Part shown: in pieces, positions 36,681-52,374 of the stretch
Layout: each line of letters starts with the position of its first letter
How positions within the stretch are numbered: the first letter of the stretch is position 1
Assembly (NCBI GenBank): GCA_051362555.1
Contig: CM120648.1
Location: forward strand, 2,085,721-2,149,720
Direction of reading: 5' to 3'
Length of the DNA stretch: 64,000 nt
From: Lingula anatina
Lineage: Eukaryota > Animalia > Brachiopoda
Notes under the pieces: generated by a model
Told to the model about the DNA's origin: nothing
The model's input: the letters and a program-made list of their open reading frames with translations, nothing else
The model's database searches: none
Made by a program: the position numbers and the translations under genes

Positions 36681-39600
36681 CTGTAGTTATCAGTCGTAAG
36701 CAGTATGTCCAGTTTTCAAAATCATTAGTTGGAATTGTCTTGATTAGTTTCCACGAAAATGATGGGCTGGAATCTGTAATGGAATGAAGAGATACAGAGT
36801 GAAAATAATTACATATTTGTAGGGATTGAGGCATGTACTGTTCATGTTTTTTTTTTTTTTTTTTGAGAAATGGTCTCTTTTTGAGGGAAATTGTCATTTT
36901 TTTTTCATTTAGAGAACCACTTTTCTGTTTATGAGCATTTACATTTTTTCTTTTTGTCCATTTCATAATAAGCAAATCAGAAATAATGTTGAAAATTGTT
37001 ATTGGAAATACTTACCAATTCAGTGAAGACTGTTAAGTTAATACCAAAGCAAACTACTCATTACTGCTAAACAAGATAAGAATACTAAAAATAACACTAC
37101 AACAGACATTGTGTTTCATTAAATGATGCACGTAAGTAAGCTAAATGAAAATTTTAAAAATATAAATGTCAGCCTTCAGTGGTCAGTGTCCCATATTGCC
37201 GTGTCCATTCAGAGGATGACAGTCAAGCTGTACCTGGGTGTGTCCAGTTTAACATGTGGTCAGCTTGAGACAGCTGTCATCGTCCACAAAGATGACCTCG
37301 GTTCACTGGTGGACACTCTTGGTCAGATTGTGATCAGGGCGACAGTTGCAGGGATGAAAAAAATTACAGGATTTATGGTAAAGAATTAGCCCTTTACTGT
37401 ATACACTGATAATCTTCTGTTAGATCTGCGTAAGTTTATGATTGGATATTGAAATATATGAATTTAAATTGGATAAACATATTAGCTAGAACATGACTAA
37501 CTTAGAAGGAAAATGGATCTGTATGTGATTTATTTATATTTTTGGTGGTCAGCAGTTTTAAGAGGATACTCACACATTTAATTTCTTATTTCAAAAAAGG
37601 TTTCAGTGTGGTTAGTAAGATGTTGTGCTGAGGACATATTTGCAGAAGCATCAGTGCTGGCAGTTTTAATATGAAGTCCTACAAATACCATCAAAATTTA
37701 AAATCAGGTCAATTCAATTCAAGTTGAATGCTCTCAATTTCTTCATAAATAAATTCATAGCAAGCGAGCAGTGCTCATGTACTGTTGGATAATTTCTCTT
37801 TTTCTGACAACTTTTAACTGTTGACCTTCTGTGCCTAGTATGAGTTGACCCTCACTGTTGACCTTCTAAACCTAGTACGAGTAAAAGGTGTGCAGTGATA
37901 GAGGTGCAGTACTCTCTAACAGAGACCAGCTGGGTTGTGACAACTTTTTTCCTAAATTTCTTAATTCGCACTGCACAGAAATGAGCACAGAATCAGCCAG
38001 AGAACTTAAATATCATGTTAGGAAATCTCCCCGTGGTTCTGGTAGAAGGTAGAGCTTCAGCGTCCAGCTTGTTTAATAATCTCAGGGGTGGATTGAGGCA
38101 GTCTTCTGGGTCTTCCAACAGACGGTCAGATTTTCAAGTTTACATTAATAGGTATCTTATTTTTTTCTGTCGGAAGACGGTCAGAAATGGAGGATGGATC
38201 AACAAAGATAATTTGGAAGACTATCAGAAAATGTTTCTGGATCCACTCCTGAATCTGGTCATGATGTTTTGATAATGTTAATGTATATAACAAATGTCTT
38301 GAGAAGGTGAACATATATTTAATGTTAAGGTGTGTTGTCTGGTCAGATGACCATTAGTCTGGACAGGTGACCCTCACTGACCCTTGTATACTTAACTTAC
38401 CTGTCTGCTCAAAGGCTAGGTGATGGGTCTGAAGATAAAGGTAATTATTTTTGATTTTATTGTTTCAAGTTTAACGGGCCCTGGTTTGCTGCTTTTTACA
38501 AAGTCCCTGAGGATCATATTAAAATTGATTGCAGCAAGAGGCTCAGTTTTGTAAAACAAAGATTTGGCATAATGTGTTTAAAATGGCCTGAAGTTAATTT
38601 ATCAATTTCTCGATTAGAAAAGATACGCCATACCTGTACCGGTATTTTTCAAACATGTATAGATTTAATTTGATGGTTTAACTGCTGTGTTGATGTGATG
38701 GCTGCCCCGAGTTTTGGAGACGGTTTATTTTAAAGCTGTATATCAGCTCATAATATCACCTGTATTTCACCTGTGTTTCCAGTATTAAAGTTGACCTCTT
38801 GACTTCCCTCACAGTGTACAGAGTCTGTCAGTTTATCACACTCATCCTGGGAGTGAAAGATTTGCATATTTTACCTGCATTGACAGTTTTATTGCGGTGC
38901 AGGTGAAATATTAGAGAGAACCGTTATACCTGACTGAGCAGCAGCAGCATCCAAGTTGTTTTCCATTTTGAGACTGTTTGTATAAAAGGATAAACCTCAC
39001 CTGAGTTGACAATAAAAGCAACGGGAATTGAACTCTTTGAATAAACAGATTAAAAAGCACGGCTGAAATCCCTTCACTAGACGTAAAATGTGTTTAAATT
39101 TAAGATTTTGTTTGTCTTATTTGCTTATGATATTTTTCTTGAGGTTGAGGTGCTCTTAACAAGATCTCAAAAATGATGCCATCTTGAAAGAAAACTGGTC
39201 TCAAAATCTTGATTATTCTTACGGTATCAAAGAAAGAATTGAAGATGCAATTTTTTTTTTGATACAGGGGTAAATAAAAAGAAAATTGCAAGTTCCCTAA
39301 TCCATCACCCTGTTTGACTCCATATAAAAACTACAATATATTTTTTGTATCTGAATTTTTTCTGGGCCTCTGCAATTTATTTCCGACCCAAGTAGTTCTT
39401 ATAATTTGAAACATCTTGAAAAATTTAATCAGAGCAGAGTATCAACCAGGATATACTGAGGTAGCAATTCCAAAGTTCTGAACTGAAAGATTTCAGAACA
39501 GTGCTTTTTGTGTTAAGATCACATCCCGTGTTTTATTCTTTTACTCAAGTTATGATTTTTTTTTTTTCATGCAAAATATTTTTCTATGCTGGAGTTCATA

Positions 39601-42045
39601 CTTTAAGGTTGATACAATTTTTTGCAAGTTTTTTTCAAACAAGTTTTATGTTAATAAAAGTAACTGTGAATTTTAAACTGTCAACATTTTCGATTCCAGA
39701 ATTTTACTTTAGATTTGGATGGCAAAATATATCTGCAGTAAAAAGTGGCATGTTTTAGCTACTACCATATGGGTCGATATTTGAATAGCTTCTCCTCGTG
39801 CCGTCACATCGCCAATTTCACGTGTTAGGTTATTTAACCCTCTTCTGTATTTCTTGTCACTCATGTTTTTAACAAGGGAAAATTGTCCTGTTTTTTTCAA
39901 CCAGCCTGTTAGCTTAGATAATCATATTATAAGGCTTGTAGATTAAGCTAAGGGGGCCCACCATAAAGACTGTTTATCTCCTAGATCAAGAACATAAATG
40001 TTTTATATGTCTGTCTGTGCTCGGAGAAATGCTGTTTGTGTTTTAATGAATGGTTTTAGTTTAAAGTGGATGTTTAACTCCTTACTTCTTTTTGATGGTC
40101 ACCAAATTTCCCAGCAATTTGCCTGAGTTTTACTGCTATTTTTTAATCATTCTAAAATGATTTTAAAAGACACAATTGTTGTTTTAATTTTTTTCCATTC
40201 TTTCACCTGCTTGTTTTAAACTGTTTATTTCCTAAGATTCTCCAATTAAGCTTAAATCCTAAATTTTCTTGTATTTCCTCATTTTTTTCTTGGAATAAAT
40301 TGTTCATAGTGCTTCAGTGCCCTAATTCAATTGTTTTGTGCTGTTTTTACTCATCTTTTTTAAACACCGATTTTAAATTCAATCAAGGTTTAAATTACTT
40401 CAAGCCACACTTAAGCCATACAAGTAAGCCCTTATTTTCTGAGAAAAAATTAGGGAAGAAATGACCTGTTTTAAAGCTTGCCAGCAGAGAGGGCAATTTC
40501 TCCATTAGCCTAAAAACTTAATGTTCCTACTTTGAATGTAGAGAGAAAATTTCTTCCATGAAGTGCTTCATTAAACTATAGAAAAAAAAATACTGTACAT
40601 GTATTGGGTATATCCGTGATACAAGTATTCTATGTTCATGAATTTGATTATGAGTAGAGGGGGGATCTCTCAGATTTTAAAAGGAAGTTTTCTAAAAAAG
40701 TTTACTTTTAAAACATAACAGAAAAATGGTAATAACCTTGTAACCTTTTTCCCTAAAGAATACCCTTGTCTATTTTTAGTCTGCTTATCTCCATTGGAGA
40801 ATCTGAAGAATGATGGAGACTCCTGAAACTTTTTGCGAGATTAATATGTGGGAAAATACTGCTGCACCCCTGCTGTGTCTTCCTAACTGCTGTAATGAAA
40901 TGACCTCCTCTCCAATGAAATGCTCATTGTCCATGAAATGCAAAGTTAAGAGAGTGAGTGATAGGGCGGGTAGTTTCTCTGTGATTTTGAGCTAAAAAAA
41001 TTACTTATATTTCCCTTAATATACTGTAGTTAACAATACTAAAAAAAAAAGGAATTTTTAGGAAAGCTAGTTTGGTTTATACCAGAAAGCATGTTTTTGT
41101 TAGCAATATAAAATGATGAATTTGAAGTAAATTATGTCCTTTTAATGGAAAAAATGAGGCGGTCCAAATTTGCTGAAAAGTACGGTACTCGAGATTTTTC
41201 ACTCATTCCCTTCAGCAAGTTTTCAGAAGAAATTTGTATTGCCATGTTTGGGAAACAGTGACAAAGAATGACAAAGTGAGCACTGAGTGCAGCAGAGGGG
41301 TGAGGGTAGCACTGGGTCCAACTGGGTCCAATAATGGGCACTGCTGGAAGAAAGCAGATTACAGTCAATACAGGGGGATCTTTGTTGAAAACTGCCCCGT
41401 GCTTTTTTTCTGATACCTTTGTTGTATGGGATTTTATACACAGCTTGTCAGTGCCACTCATTATAATTTTTGTGAGCAGTTTTTTTACTGCTGATTTTGT
41501 AAGAAATGTGGCTCATCTTGTGGATGTTGTATTTTTCAACCTTTTTGCAGTGCATGATAAGCTGTGGGGAGCCACCGCTGTTAAGATGTTAAAACTTCAG
41601 TTTGATGCAAAAGGTGCAGTTTTTTAAGTCTTCGGCAATGAAGTACTTTGAAAAGAGGACAGTATGCCACAGCTGTTGAGCCAGAAGAAGGAAATATAAT
41701 GTTACTTAAATCCAAACTAGATTCAGATTTCATTGAACTTGACAGGCAGCAGGTCTGGCATTCAGTCTCCCCAAGATTGCCTGCCTGGTCATTGCTACCT
41801 TAACCTAGGTATTTTGGCCTTTGACATCCCCCCTCCCCTGACCAGCTCTCGTCCTCTCTATCTTACTTAGCTGTTACATTATTAATTTAAGGGCAGTATT
41901 CAGTGGTTCTTCATCTCAACTGTCAAGTTATTATCAGAAATACCAGTCTGACACACAGACTGTTAAATGTAGGAACATTGGATAAGATAAGGTCATCATC
42001 ACTTTTGGTTTGTTGTTTAAGGTCAGCATGTTCATGGTGACTGGT

Positions 42046-42406
42046 GAAGGTCAACAGTGGTAAAGGTCAACAGTGGCTAGGTCAACAGTGGTTAAGGTCA
42101 ACAATGGTTAGGGTCAACACAGTTTAGCATACCAGATAAGATCATAATCAAGTTAAGGTTCAAGATCAACAAAGCACAGTTTAAGATCAAGGGAAGTTTA
42201 GTATATACCATTTGAGGTAATATTCAGGTCAAGGTCAGCCAAAGGTCAAACCATATCAGCATACCAGGTTAGGATATATTGAGGTCAAGGTCAGTCAAAG
42301 GTCAAACCATATCAGCATACCAGGTTAGGCTATATTGAGGTCAAGATCAATCAAAGGTCAAACCATATCAGCATACCAGGTTAGGATATATTCAGGCCAA
42401 GGTCAA
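42046..42406. repeat. Compound minisatellite rich in AGGTCA: 15-16 bp x5, then 56 bp x3.3
   Basis: (A)GGTCAACAGTGG units at 42046-42120; TATT(G/C)AGGTCAAGGTCAG..AAAGGTCAAACCATATCAGCATACCAGGTTAGG units at 42221, 42277, 42333 and 42389. Confidence 0.9.
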
Positions 42407-45400
42407 TTATTTTTCGCTGCTGTTTTTGCACATGTTATGTAATTCTTTTCAATTAGATATGAAGACATTTTTGATAAAAGTTTGTTATTTTTTTTATTTA
42501 TTTTGAAGCGAGGATATCCATTGGTGTGACATGTTATTTGATTAACCAAGGCCTAAAGGCAGCACATAGATTATATATGGTTCTAGAATAATGTTTACAG
42601 ACAGCAGGCATTTAAAGTGCAATAATTCTTTTGTGTGAATGGGCTAATGTCCTATTTTCAATTATAATTCTGAGTTGTATTACACAGTAAACTCAGCCAT
42701 GCACTTCTGATAGGGGCACCATAACTGAATTATTCATATGATAATTTTTAAACTCTATGTTCGTAGAATTTTCAGAGGGTTTACTGATGCAGTCCTGTTG
42801 GGCCCAGATGCACATTTTAATCCTTTAAAAATTTTTGAGAGCATTATAACAGTTTGAGATGATAAAGGGGAGATAGTTATAAGTTTACCGTTCATATATG
42901 CGCTTATCATACTCTCTGTTTTTTCTTTGTGTGTGTTCTCTTCAAGACACCCGCATTTGGCAGGTGTCATCAGAAATAATTTGATTTAATGATGCAAATA
43001 GGAATAATGTATTATTTTATGTCATATTTTATCAAGCACCTGCTATGGAGATGGGTGCAAAGCCACATTGCCATATTTTCTTAAAGTTTCATCTTTGTTG
43101 AAGAAACAGGTTTTATTATTAGGTGCCCTTTGGACATTTTTAATCATTTTTTTCATCTTATAAAGTTGGAACCTGCGTAGAACATCTTAATCACTTTGCA
43201 GTATAAGCGAGAGTTTGGTATATTATTTAATTGTCATATTGTCTTAGACATTGTAGGATCAAGTTGTATTACCTTTGGCTACATCTGATATTGTACATTT
43301 TGATTGCTGAATCCTGAGATGTCAGGAATTATGATTTTAAACACAGATTCTGCCAGATATACAAGAACATATAACAATATTTGTCTTGAAACTAAATGAA
43401 ACGATTGTCAAATAGATTTTATGGAAAAGACTATAAAATAAAACAAAACATTAAAAAGGATGTAAGAAGTTTAAGATTAAGTTATATATTGACATTAAAG
43501 ATGCAATTTTGCCAGGAGCAGGATAAGAATACCCATCACCATGTTGGTTGCCAAGAGTCCTCAGTCTCTCTCTCTCTCCATCTCTCTCTCTCTCTAACAC
43601 ACACACACACACACACATGGCTTGCCATGACCCTGCTCAAGAAACTCCAGACCTGTTCTCACCCTCCCTCTCTGTCTCTCTCTCTCTCCACACCTGGTTG
43701 CCCCGTGCCTTGACCCTCACCAATGGAGCCTCCCTCTGCCTGTAGAAACTGTGACAATACGCCCATCCCACCGTGCCACTAGCTCACTGGAAACCAGTGT
43801 GAAACCAGTATGAACTACCCTAGCATCACATGTACCCTATGTTGCCGACACGTTTCACAGTCTGGGGTCTCTACGGTCTACGGTTCATAGTCATTGTCCT
43901 CTGGAAAATGGTGTTGTTTCTTCTTTGTGCATGGCTAGAAAACAATTTAAAGCATTTTGTAGAAAAAAAAGAGTTTGCAGTAGAAGTGCTTTATTGTAAC
44001 AAAATGCAGTGATACTGGTTAATATGTTACTTGTTATGATATTTTTGATATGCTTTATTTGTTGTGTTGTTGTGTTGATAAGGACCAAAGGAATTCTTGA
44101 AAATGCACTTAGTTATAGTTTATATTTGTAAAAGGGAGATATCCTTCTATCTCACAAAAATGGCACAGTATGTGGTTAAAAAACATCTGATGAAACTAGC
44201 CACAGTTAGCCAGTTCGTTCTCATGGACGTCTTCTTGTCTTTTGTGACCAAATCGGAGAGTGTTTGATGTCCTGCTGACCCGGTGAATTTTTTTATTAGG
44301 TGCAAACAATTATATTAAGTTTTTATAATAGATCTTTCAACTTTGTTCAATTCATAGTAGAAATCAGCATGCTTCTTTGCTCTGTTTGAGCTTTCAAAGG
44401 GAAAGGTGTTTGAGGGAGAGGGGGGAGGACAATTCACAAACCATTATACCTGATGACCAGGTGGTCATTTTATTTTCAATCCTCCCTCAGGTTTTAAAGA
44501 GTTTTGGTCAAAGAATCTGGCTGACCTTACATCTAGGGTCAAGTGACAGTTTTGATAAGCCTCCACTGTGGCTTGTTGGTTTGATAAGTAAATTCAAGGT
44601 ATTGTTTGCAATTTTCAAAGAAAAAGGAAAAGGAAACTTTGTGTCACCACAGGTGTTGGTGGGTGGAAAAAAAAACAGAAGTGAAGGAAAGTAAACATTT
44701 TGATTTGAAAAAGGGTAGGTAATACGGCAGAATGACATAGGAAAACTTTGTTGCTTTACTTGGTTTGTTTTATATACAGGTTTCAAACAGAGACGGAACG
44801 TTTCAATACAATATTGAAAGGATATCTAAATGCAATGTGTTTTTCATTATAAGAGTAGTTGTAAATGAAATAAAAGAAAGAAAGAAAATTTGGCAAAACG
44901 AATAAGAGATATATTTATAAAAAGATGAATGAAATGACAAAAAATGGAGGATATTAGGCCAGAAAACCCGTCAGGACATGCTGAGAAGCAGCGGCTGCAT
45001 GAAGATTTAATATTTTGTGTGTTTTTTCATGGCGCCTACTGGTTGGATACGATACCAATCAGGTCACAGAGTGCTCGTGTGTCATGTGACATTTGACGTC
45101 TGCTGAAGGTTGCGAGGTTCCTCAGGTGCAAATACATTCAGCTGACTGTTATTGTGATTTGTGACAGTATTGTTTTCGTGGGCTTAAAAACTAGTTGTGT
45201 CCCTTGAGTACTTTTTGCCCTCTTATGCATGGTTCTGAAAATGTTTGTTATGTGTAATTCTGAACAACGACAAGTGCTTCATTTTGACAGTGAAGAACAC
45301 TAGATGAGTTACAACATTTTTCCAGTATGTTTTCTTCTTTTTATTTGTAAAGTAAAAAGCCTCACTTATAAGAGGTCCCAGGGAAATATATGCCTTCAAA

Positions 45401-48011
45401 TAAGTCACTATTCATATATATCTGATTGTTTTTTGCTAAGTCCGGATCAATTTTTTTATTGACATCCGCTGTAACAGCATCTCGTATGACTGGATTATTT
45501 CAATTCCTCAGCATTAGGCATTGCTGTATTCTGAGGCAGGCGAAGTTCTTACAGTTCACTGACTTTCCCTGAACTTTTTCATCACAGGACATGGACCTGG
45601 TGAACTCCACAGTCAAGTATTTACGATACTGTTTTTATTGAGTGCATGTGTGTGTTTTTTCACAATTCATGTGTGATATTTTCTGAAACAGATTTTTATT
45701 TACAATTACCAAAGAAAAAGAAAAATTAATTAGTCTTGTTGCACTCATTAATTTAAGTTAGTAAAGGTTGAATAGAAGAACTTCATAATGGGAACTGACT
45801 TCTGAGCAATAGAGGAACTTCGTAATAGGTGCTCCAAACAGGAATTTTCAAACGATTTCCAAGCATCGCTAATTCTTCACCCCACCCCTGCACCCCTATC
45901 CCCACCTTTGGGTGTGGTTCTGAGCGACTTAAAAAATTAGACGTTTGAAATTTGAAGTAACCACTTTTAAATGAAGAAATGACATTAGAGGCGTGTCATG
46001 TGTTTCATATATATGCGGTGGAACTGATCAACTGTCAAATCAATTCCTGTCGTCCCATCCCGTTTTTAGAAGGCACGCCCCACAGTCACACCTGGCAACC
46101 CTTGTTTGTGAATATTAACCATCCCTGTCTGACCTAACTCCTTGTTATATGGGCAACCCACCAGTAATATTTTAGATATCCTGAATAATGTCCACATTGT
46201 ATTATAATAATGTTTGAATGAATAACATGCTTTTTTTGATGGATTGAACTTTCATACCAGGATCTCTTTTTTTGCGTTATTTCATGACTTTGCAAGAAAT
46301 ATAGATAACCCTTTGTTTGAAGGAATCCTATGTGAGATATTTGTGCAAAATCATTTTGATGTCAAGACAAAAGGCATTTTTTCACTCCCTAATAATGTCA
46401 CAGTCTGTCCGACTACTTGCATTCGATGCCTTACCATCACTCATTAAATAATTTGGTTTTAAATGCCTGGCTAAACTTTTAGACCACCATATCTTTCTGT
46501 ATACATTTGGTAGGTACTTAAATGTGAAGGGTTTTATCATCTTTAGGGGGTGTGCTGGGAAAGGTTTAAAATAACTTTGCAGGACATGTTATTAACAAAG
46601 AAAAATTGGCATAGGGACATTTTGAAATATACGTAGTAAACCTTTAGGCCAATTTTTTGCACCACCACTACGGATCAGAAGTGTTGGGTCCTTGATTTCA
46701 TATCTCATTTTTCTGTCTGATATCCATAATGATACTGGATACGTATGGTACGGTGAATAGTAGTATTGGTATTCATTTCAGAGAAGATTGGGTATACAGT
46801 TTATAAACTTTATATCTATGCAAGCAGTGCAAATTATTTTCCAGCGCAGAGTATGCTGCAAAGATGGTTTTATTTACAACTGTAAAAAAACATCAGAAAT
46901 AAATAATACTGGCCCTGATGAGTGTACAGTGGAAATGTCATGATGCAAGACAAGCCTCATATCAGGTGCTGCCCCCTATTAGGACACACCCTGACTACAA
47001 ACCTGATTGTGGGGGCGGGCAAACAAAAAGCTGGGCGGGGACAGGAATGCGGACCATAGAGCAAGAATTCAGAGGTTTTTTTTTTTTTTCACCCCCACAA
47101 CTTGTCTGAAGCACAAATTATATCAGGTGTTGGGCGTTGGTGTCTTAGAAATATATTGGATACGTTTTTGAAAAAAAATTCTTTTTTTATTGATGAATAC
47201 TTTTATAGATCTATAAATGTAAACAACTTTTTTCCTAATTGTTCAAAATTTGTTTTTTAGAAGTTAAACAATCCTTTGTGCCTTTTGCAAAGAGTAAGGC
47301 GTTAACTGTTCATGCAGATTATTTTTCCCATGACTAGTCAAAAGCTGAGACTTACTAGCCGTCTGAGAATTTGATTTATACTGGTTTCTGAATATTTTGA
47401 ATGAAGCTGGAAACACGAAACTGCATACATTTCAAACACGTATGGGTATAGCCTATCTAAGCTGTCTACAGTTAAATTGAAATACTTCAGTGATCTCATC
47501 CAGATTGTAATAAAAGGAAGGTGTAGGCTTCAAAAAGGTAATAAATGGAGAAATGGAATGTAATAAAATTTGCATAATTATGAATGGGAACATTTTTATT
47601 CACCTTTCATAATATTTGACACTTTGAATAGAACATTGCAATATAAAAAGATATTTTAAGGGCATTATAGAAATAGAGAGAAGAAAATATGAAGCTCACT
47701 GATGGGACACGTGCCTGGTTTAAAAGTTGAAAGTTTTCATCCTTCCACATTTCTCCTTGTTCATTGTCCGCACAGGAAGTTTAGGGAAGCAGTTTGATGG
47801 AGATCAGGGGCTGTGTCTGTCAGTCCTCCTCAGTTCACACGTATGTTCATCTTGGTGGAAATTCTTCCCATATTAGATATTCTTAATATCAGATTTTGAG
47901 TCTCTTCTGGAAGAAATAATTATTTTTATTAGCACCACACATTTTCATTTTCTTTTCTTTTTTCATTTTTTTTAAATAAAAAATTTTGGGGGTATTAGGA
48001 ACTAGTGGAAT

Positions 48012-48045
<34 letters not shown>

Positions 48046-48107
48046 AGGCTGATAACTCGCCATCATGACAGCGGTATTATCAATTATTTGCTCAGTATAG
48101 CAAATAA

Positions 48108-48175
48108 AGGTGAAGTACTTGCCCAATGACACTGGTATTTTGTGGCAAAGATTGAACCTTTCACTTTGCATAGTG
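48108..48175 (-). mobile_element. Decayed tRNA-derived SINE fragment (CORE/MIR-like head)
   Basis: GGTGAAGTACTTGCCCAATGACAC...GATTGAACC resembles the reverse-strand pattern AAGTGxCTTGCCCAAGGxCAC...GATTCGAACC (B-box) of animal tRNA-SINEs. Confidence 0.4.
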
Positions 48176-50905
48176 ACCTTTTTTCTCTCATTCAGTCTGA
48201 ATTTAAATGATGGTAGATTTTTGCAACTTGGTCAATTACATAGTATAATATGACAATTAAAATACCATGTCTGAAATACATTTTTTATGATAGATAGAAG
48301 GTTTGGCATATGTTAATGGATGATACCAGACATCGTTAAGCTTGTACTGGTGTCAGCGGTTAACAGGAGTCCAATTGTAAAGGGATAATCATAGTAATGT
48401 AGTCAGCCATCATTCATGCTCGAATGCTTCCAAAGATAGAACCAGCAATGGCAATAAATTAACCCATAATAAATGTCTTGTCTGTTTCTGTAGTAATTCA
48501 ACGGCCATCTTGAATCCGCCGTCCAGATGCCACAGCCAATCAGTTTCCTTACAAAACAGTTCTGCACTCAAGAGAGGCCCTGCGCCCTTATTTAGTCAGA
48601 CGGCTGCCGAGGGTTTGTCGTAGATTTATGTGAGATCATAGTAGAAGAGAGTGACCGAAAAAGATTTGTGTACAGCAAGTACCATGGGGATTTACGGCTT
48701 TCTATATTCTGCAGCACCTGCTGGTTGAGGCACATGCCAAGATGTGTAGGCCCCTTAGCCCAACTTCAAAAAGGATCCCTTAATGGTCTGCCTGACTTTT
48801 CTGTGAGAACTCTACAGTCTGTTCAGTTTCCTATATATATTTTTTTGTCCTTTTTGTGGTAAGAGTTGGTGCACTTTGGAGTGAGAGTTTGAACTTGATT
48901 CAAAATGTTCTATTTTAATGATTTATGGCTTTGTGAAAAAATACTTTTAAAAGCTGCATTGGAAATACTGATATTTCACTATTTCAAATATCAGTATATT
49001 TCTATATGAGTTGACAGGTAGGGGAAGTTTGTTTCACTAAAAAGTGAAATTTTGGGAGTCTCTTTTTTCAAGGTGGTAACCATACATTTTGAAGAAAAGA
49101 TGGGCCACAAAATTTCTCAGCTTGACTTTAGCTCGTAACTCATGTTACAAACCTCGAATAACAGTGCCAGAAGCGATATCTGGTATAATTGTGACGTTCT
49201 TTCAGCAAACTACCAAACCACTTATGAAATTAGTGTTTAGTTGGTTGTGGAGAATTGTATCTCTGTGTGCACAGAGTCCTTTGTGATCTGGAGTCTGGGG
49301 CCCGGGATGATTTATAGAGGACACGGTATCCGCAGCTCCATACATTTTTCATCACTTATGACAGGGATTTATGAGAGCGCGCTAATGTATGACGGCAGAT
49401 TATATGTATATTATTTTCAGAAAATAGGCGAGGGTGAAACATGGCGTGCCAGGGCACTTGTTTTGCTGAAGGGGAGAGATGAAGATGGGAAAAAAAAAAA
49501 CGAAACTTGTTTAGGATGCTTTTTTTTTTTTTCACATATTTGGCTGTCATTTATCTCTGCCCACTCTTAACACTTGAAATTGAAAAAAAAAAAAAAAAAA
49601 AAAAAAAAAACAGAAAATATATCAGGTGATGGTTAAAAAGTGGCATCTTTTTAAAGTGTATAGCAAGTGAAAAACTCCATTTCTGAAGAGAATTTTACAT
49701 CACACATTTGGTATACTATTCGGTCATCTGGTGGCATCTCTTAAACTGTTCCTTTTAAAGATGTACATAAAGAAAAACATCTGATTACTGTCCATACTTC
49801 TCCATATTAATGGTATCACACAGTGGCGGGGGCCGAGGTGGGTGTAGGTTTCAGCGGTTGGAGGTATTATCTCAATGCAGTCTATGGTCAACATCTACCT
49901 ACATCCTGATTTGTGGCGTACCACAAGCGTTGGTGCCGCTGTTAAGTTAGGAACAGGATATCGCGGAGGAAGGGCCCCGTTAACAGTCAGTCTCACCTGA
50001 CTGATTTATTGTACATGCAGCTTTTTTTATATATAAATGAGTTTTGTTCTAAATACTTGGCAGTAGGGTTTGTCAGTGGTTTATTTATAGTGATTTGAAT
50101 TTTATACAGTATATATATTTTTTACAGGACAAACTTGTGATTATTTTTATGAAAAGTGCATTTAAAAAGTTATCGTGGGACATCTGAGATGTGTTCGCTC
50201 CCCTTGGAGCTGTGTGTCACACAGCAGAACTTTGATCTCAGATTCTGTTTGGAGATGCTCTTCTTGCCTCTACACATACATTTGGTTGCCTTCACTTATC
50301 CTTTCATTGATAAAGAATGGGTTATCAGTTAGATCTTATTAAGCTAGATTTCTTGAGATACAAGTATGACTGTATCCATTTTAATTATTCAGTTGATAGC
50401 TGGTGTATGGTTTTGATTCTGTACATAGAATTCTTTTTCCAAAATGCTTTTTTTTAAATTTTATCAAATAAATGATGAAGTCATATTATTTGGAAAATCA
50501 ACATTTTGACTTGTTTGATATCTTTAAACTGGGAAAAACCAAGTAGTAACTGCAAGGTGTCAGCGGCATATGCCCAGATGATAAATTCAAAATTAATTGA
50601 AAACCAGTATGATGCATACACATCTACATTTATACATTAACCGTCATATTTTGCATTTCCTGTCACTGAAAAAAGGCAGTTTATCATCATCATGGTGTTT
50701 TGGCTGGTGTCACTGTGGAGTGTCTTGGTGCTGCTGACCACTCTATTCATTACGACTGAACACAGGAAAATCAAGATGATCCCTTTCAATGGTTTGGTGG
50801 ATGGTCGAGGAAACACCAATGTTGGGATTATGTGTGTGGCGTAATGTGTGCTGCCTTTCTGAAATATTCAACATTTGAAGGAAGATTGTGTATCACCTGT
50901 TCTAA

Positions 50906-50951
<46 letters not shown>

Positions 50952-52323
50952 ATTGAACACACACACATGCCTGATCGAAAATGAATATAAGTTTTAAGAT
51001 AAAAATATAGATAAAATTGAATCAGAATAAAAAGATGATACTTGGCTTGGCAGTTAAAAAAAATGTCAGATTCTGTTAAAAAGAAAAAAAAATACTGTAA
51101 CTGTGCCTCTGTGGTACTGTACCTGATTCAGTAACTGCCTTTTGGATACTGCTTTCTGAAAGCAACAATAATGATAGAGTGATTAGTTAAAAAATACACA
51201 AATTTGTTGATGGAAATTTGATGTTATTTGAACCAGACCATCTTCTCACAGGAATCGTTATTCTGATAAAAATGTTCTTTTTATAATAATCAGAAATAAC
51301 AGATAGATAAATAATTAATATCGTTTTTATGTGTGCCGATCAAAATCAAACAATAAAAGAGATCTGAATGTGTTATTTGATGTGAGAAATCTCAGTTACA
51401 AAGTATAGGAAACTTGAGATGTTCTGTTCAAAGTGAGCTCCGTCTTATGCTGGCTCACCTGTATGCTACGTGTCTTGCCTGGTAAGTGTCATATATATGT
51501 ATATAATCAAGATTTACCTCGCATTCCTCGAATAACGCACCTGTCTCAGCTAGCTAATATGACTGAAGTTAGAGGGTATATATGCTAACAGTAAAAAAAA
51601 AAAATCAAAGAGAATTTTGGATGCCTGGTTCATGTTCTTGAATAACCATGGGGTTCATTCATCTCTGTAAAGTGTTTTTTTTTTCATTGATTTTTTTCTT
51701 ACATTACATTATATATAAGAATTTTTATTGGACATTACAAAAAAGTTTCTTTGTAAAAATCACAGTTAAATAAAAAAAAAAAAAAGACACACTGTTGCTA
51801 GTCTTAAACCAGAAAAACAGACAGAGATTCTTTAAAGATGCACATGATTCAAAGTTTCATTGCCTTTATATGAGCTTGACTTTATATGAGAAGGACTGTT
51901 TAGATAAAATAGGGGCCTTTTGTGCAGAAAGCGTACAGTTAATGCAAATTTCAGAGTGTTGCATGGTTTGAACACTGCTGTCACGTAATGTTTGGCACTT
52001 TTTATTAACAATTCAAAAGCAATTTATGGAAAATCAGTCAAAAGAGAGCAGGTATATATATATGTATATATATTTTTTTTTTATGTTTGACAAAGAATAT
52101 AACACATATGTCTACTTGATTCTGGAAGTACTTTTACTCGGGGGATGAATAGTATAGTTGCCAAACAGCCAGAAATGAAGGCAGAAAGTGACCTGGTTTG
52201 CCTGGTATGTACATTAGGAAAGAGATCAAAGCTGGCTATATTTGTGATGGCACCCTGATTGCAGAACAGGAACAAGTATGGATAAAACAGACAAGGAGAA
52301 TTCTTCTATATAACTGAGAGAGA

Positions 52324-52374
<51 letters not shown>

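Noticed and set aside
28786-42406. Regularly spaced repeats as possible CRISPR arrays
   Set aside because: Eukaryotic context, head-to-tail units without unique spacers, and no cas genes.
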